Positions 34,826 to 36,239 of a DNA stretch of 36,239 nucleotides are shown here, piece after piece; the stretch's first letter is position 1; the number at the start of each line of letters is the position of its first letter. The DNA lies in the NCBI GenBank assembly GCA_902525995.1, contig CABZJG010000001.1, forward strand, positions 1 to 36,239. The letters run 5' to 3'. The translations under genes were made by a program, and so were the position numbers. Source of the stretch: Paracoccaceae bacterium. Its GTDB lineage: Bacteria; Pseudomonadota; Alphaproteobacteria; Rhodobacterales; Rhodobacteraceae. The notes beneath the pieces were generated by a model that was not told the DNA's origin, ran no database searches, and saw nothing but the letters and a program-made list of their open reading frames with translations.

Positions 34826-35013
34826 TTATCGCCAGCCCGCTTGTCGGTAGATCGACATAACGGTGCCTTTCTTGATGTCCTTGTTCGGGTCGGGACAGTT
34901 ACACGCCCCGGCTTGGTTGGGTGTTTGAACTGGAAATGATCGCCCTTCGTAGCGACGTGCTGCCAGCCGTCTTTCTCAAGCATCTTGATCAATTTGCGGC
35001 TGTTGCGTTCCAT
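34826..35013 (-). pseudogene. hicA: HicA toxin with a 1-bp deletion, now reading in frame into hicB
   Basis: KLIKMLEKDGW...KGDHFQFKHP..GRVTVP; restoring one C near 34890/34891 gives HPNKDIKKGTVMSIYRQAGWR* ending at 34826. Confidence 0.88.
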
Positions 35014-35023
35014 ATCATCTCCG

Positions 35024-35051
35024 TTTCTTGTGTTTCAATATACACACGAAA
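35024..35051. promoter_or_regulatory. Putative HicB operator (imperfect palindrome)
   Basis: tttcttgtgt / acacacgaaa, 9 of 10 bases complementary, immediately upstream of hicA. Confidence 0.5.
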
Positions 35052-35130
35052 CAGATTTGAGGCAAGAGATTTTGCGTATGCTGATACACACAAATTTGCA
35101 CGAAACGTCCCGATCTAAGACGGTTTTGAC

Positions 35131-35192
35131 CGTTTACAGTTTTCTGCTAAGTCATTGATATGTGGCAGTGAACAAATGCGGTACGTTTACAG
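35131..35192. promoter_or_regulatory. attR arm region: direct repeats and IHF-consensus site
   Basis: cgtttacag at 35131-35139 and 35184-35192; the reverse strand of 35148-35160 (tatcaatgactta) fits WATCAANNNNTTR. Confidence 0.55.
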
Positions 35193-35223
35193 GGAAATTC
35201 AATGCAATCAGGAGGCTAAGGCC

Positions 35224-35269
35224 GATTGCAAATCCGTGTACACCGGTTCGATTCCGGTACTCGCCTCCA
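35224..35269 (+). tRNA. 3' fragment of tRNA-Cys(GCA), attR core; not a complete tRNA
   Basis: gattgcaaatcc anticodon arm, accggttcgattccggt T arm, ctcgcctcca acceptor 3' end; no matching 5' acceptor strand or D arm upstream. Confidence 0.88.
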
Positions 35270-35362
35270 TTCCTTGAACAACACACCCCGCCTTGCTATT
35301 GCTTCGTTTTATTTTTTCAGTAATTTACATGTCCATTATTTAACTAGAGGGATGTCACAAAA

Positions 35363-35887
35363 ATGAACAACATCAAGGAAGAGGCTTCAAACACAAGCTA
35401 TAGTTCATTCGCAAAGTTATTGCATTGGGGTTTTGTTGTTTTATTCGTCTATGGGATCATCAAACAGGTCGACTCTATCACTCAATTAGAAGACAACGCT
35501 TTGTTGAGATTTGAAGTTTTATTTGCGCTCGCGTTTTTGCTACTGCTGGCAGTACGGTTCATCTATGTTAAAAAAACACAGCGGTCGTCCCTGCCCGAAG
35601 AAACACCCAAAATGCAAAAATTAGCCGCAAAATTGGTGCATTACGGCATGTATGCCTGCCTGGCAGGGATAGCAGGTTCAGGTTTGCTGATCGGCTTCTT
35701 ATATGGGCAAGGGTTTGAAAGCGGGCTTTTGATTGATAGTGTGATTGGACTGCACGAGCTTTCTGTCTCTTTAATCTATTGGCTCATTGGGGTGCATATC
35801 GTTGCTGCTGTCTATCACCGTTTCTTGAAGGACGGTGTTTGGAGTTCGATGGTTCCAGTGTTCAAAGAGCAGAACAAAGAAAGCTAA
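35363..35887 (+). CDS. Cytochrome b561 / Ni-hydrogenase b-type cytochrome family membrane protein
   Basis: YS..AKLLHW, AKLVHYGMY, LHE, GVHIVAAVYH; four TM helices. Confidence 0.88.
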   Translation: MNNIKEEASNTSYSSFAKLLHWGFVVLFVYGIIKQVDSITQLEDNALLRFEVLFALAFLLLLAVRFIYVKKTQRSSLPEETPKMQKLAAKLVHYGMYACLAGIAGSGLLIGFLYGQGFESGLLIDSVIGLHELSVSLIYWLIGVHIVAAVYHRFLKDGVWSSMVPVFKEQNKES

Positions 35888-36090
35888 GCTGAGCCGGCCC
35901 GTTAAACGCCTTCTTACATGGATCAATTGCTCTTAAAGTTTTTGACGTGTGTCGCTAAAAGCATTTTTTTTGATAACCAGCCATTGGCCCATGTCATCAA
36001 GAAAACAATGCGTGCGACGACTATTCTAGTTGACCCGAGGTGTGATATTTTGCCTAGTTGGTAAAATTTTGCGGCTCAGGAGTGCTAAGC

Positions 36091-36239
36091 GTGGCCAATA
36101 GCAACTATTCAATTCTGTTTGAACCCATGAAAATTGGACCCGTGACTGCGCGCAACCGCTTTTTCCAAGTGCCGCATTGCAACGGGATGGGGCATCTAAG
36201 ACCGCAAGCTGATGCAGCCACCCGCGCGATTAAGGCCGA
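36091..36239 (+). CDS. Trimethylamine/histamine dehydrogenase-family flavin oxidoreductase, 5' part only
   Basis: GTG behind aggag; ILFEPMKIGPVTARNRFFQVPHCNGMG, including the PHC Cys that binds FMN covalently in this family; runs off the window. Confidence 0.85.
   Translation, partial: MANSNYSILFEPMKIGPVTARNRFFQVPHCNGMGHLRPQADAATRAIKA

Larger units (their letters stand above)
7060..35269 (+). mobile_element. Prophage late region (lambda-like head, P2-like contractile tail) integrated at tRNA-Cys; left boundary not visible
   Basis: Contiguous co-oriented head, tail and lysis genes; ends at a tRNA-Cys 3' fragment followed by host genes. Confidence 0.93.

Noticed and set aside
35195-35269. Complete tRNA-Cys gene
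   Set aside because: No 5' strand complementary to ctcgcc, no D arm, and a mismatched anticodon stem

Overview
The window has three parts. (1) 1-~6950 is an AT-rich cargo region. It holds a PD-(D/E)xK-like hypothetical gene, an ApeA-like HEPN gene, a tandem-domain 155-aa gene and a coupled pair (multi-winged-helix-like protein plus restriction-endonuclease-fold protein). The + strand cargo units are each followed by degenerate copies of a shared GC-rich ~47-71 bp intergenic motif, and the region ends in an internally deleted tyrosine-recombinase remnant. (2) ~7060-35269 is the late half of an alphaproteobacterial-type prophage: a lambda-like head module, a P2-like contractile tail module with a PAAR spike and an E/E' -1 frameshift, a lysis cassette and a hicAB moron. 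It ends at an attR formed by the 3' half of tRNA-Cys(GCA). The virion and lysis genes look intact, but several accessory genes carry point lesions (methyltransferase motif I, a thermonuclease, a small ORF, hicA). No phage integrase, repressor or replication genes are in the window. (3) 35363-end is host backbone: a cytochrome b561-family gene and the 5' end of a trimethylamine/histamine dehydrogenase-family flavoenzyme. All calls come from reading motifs and synteny by eye; no searches were run.
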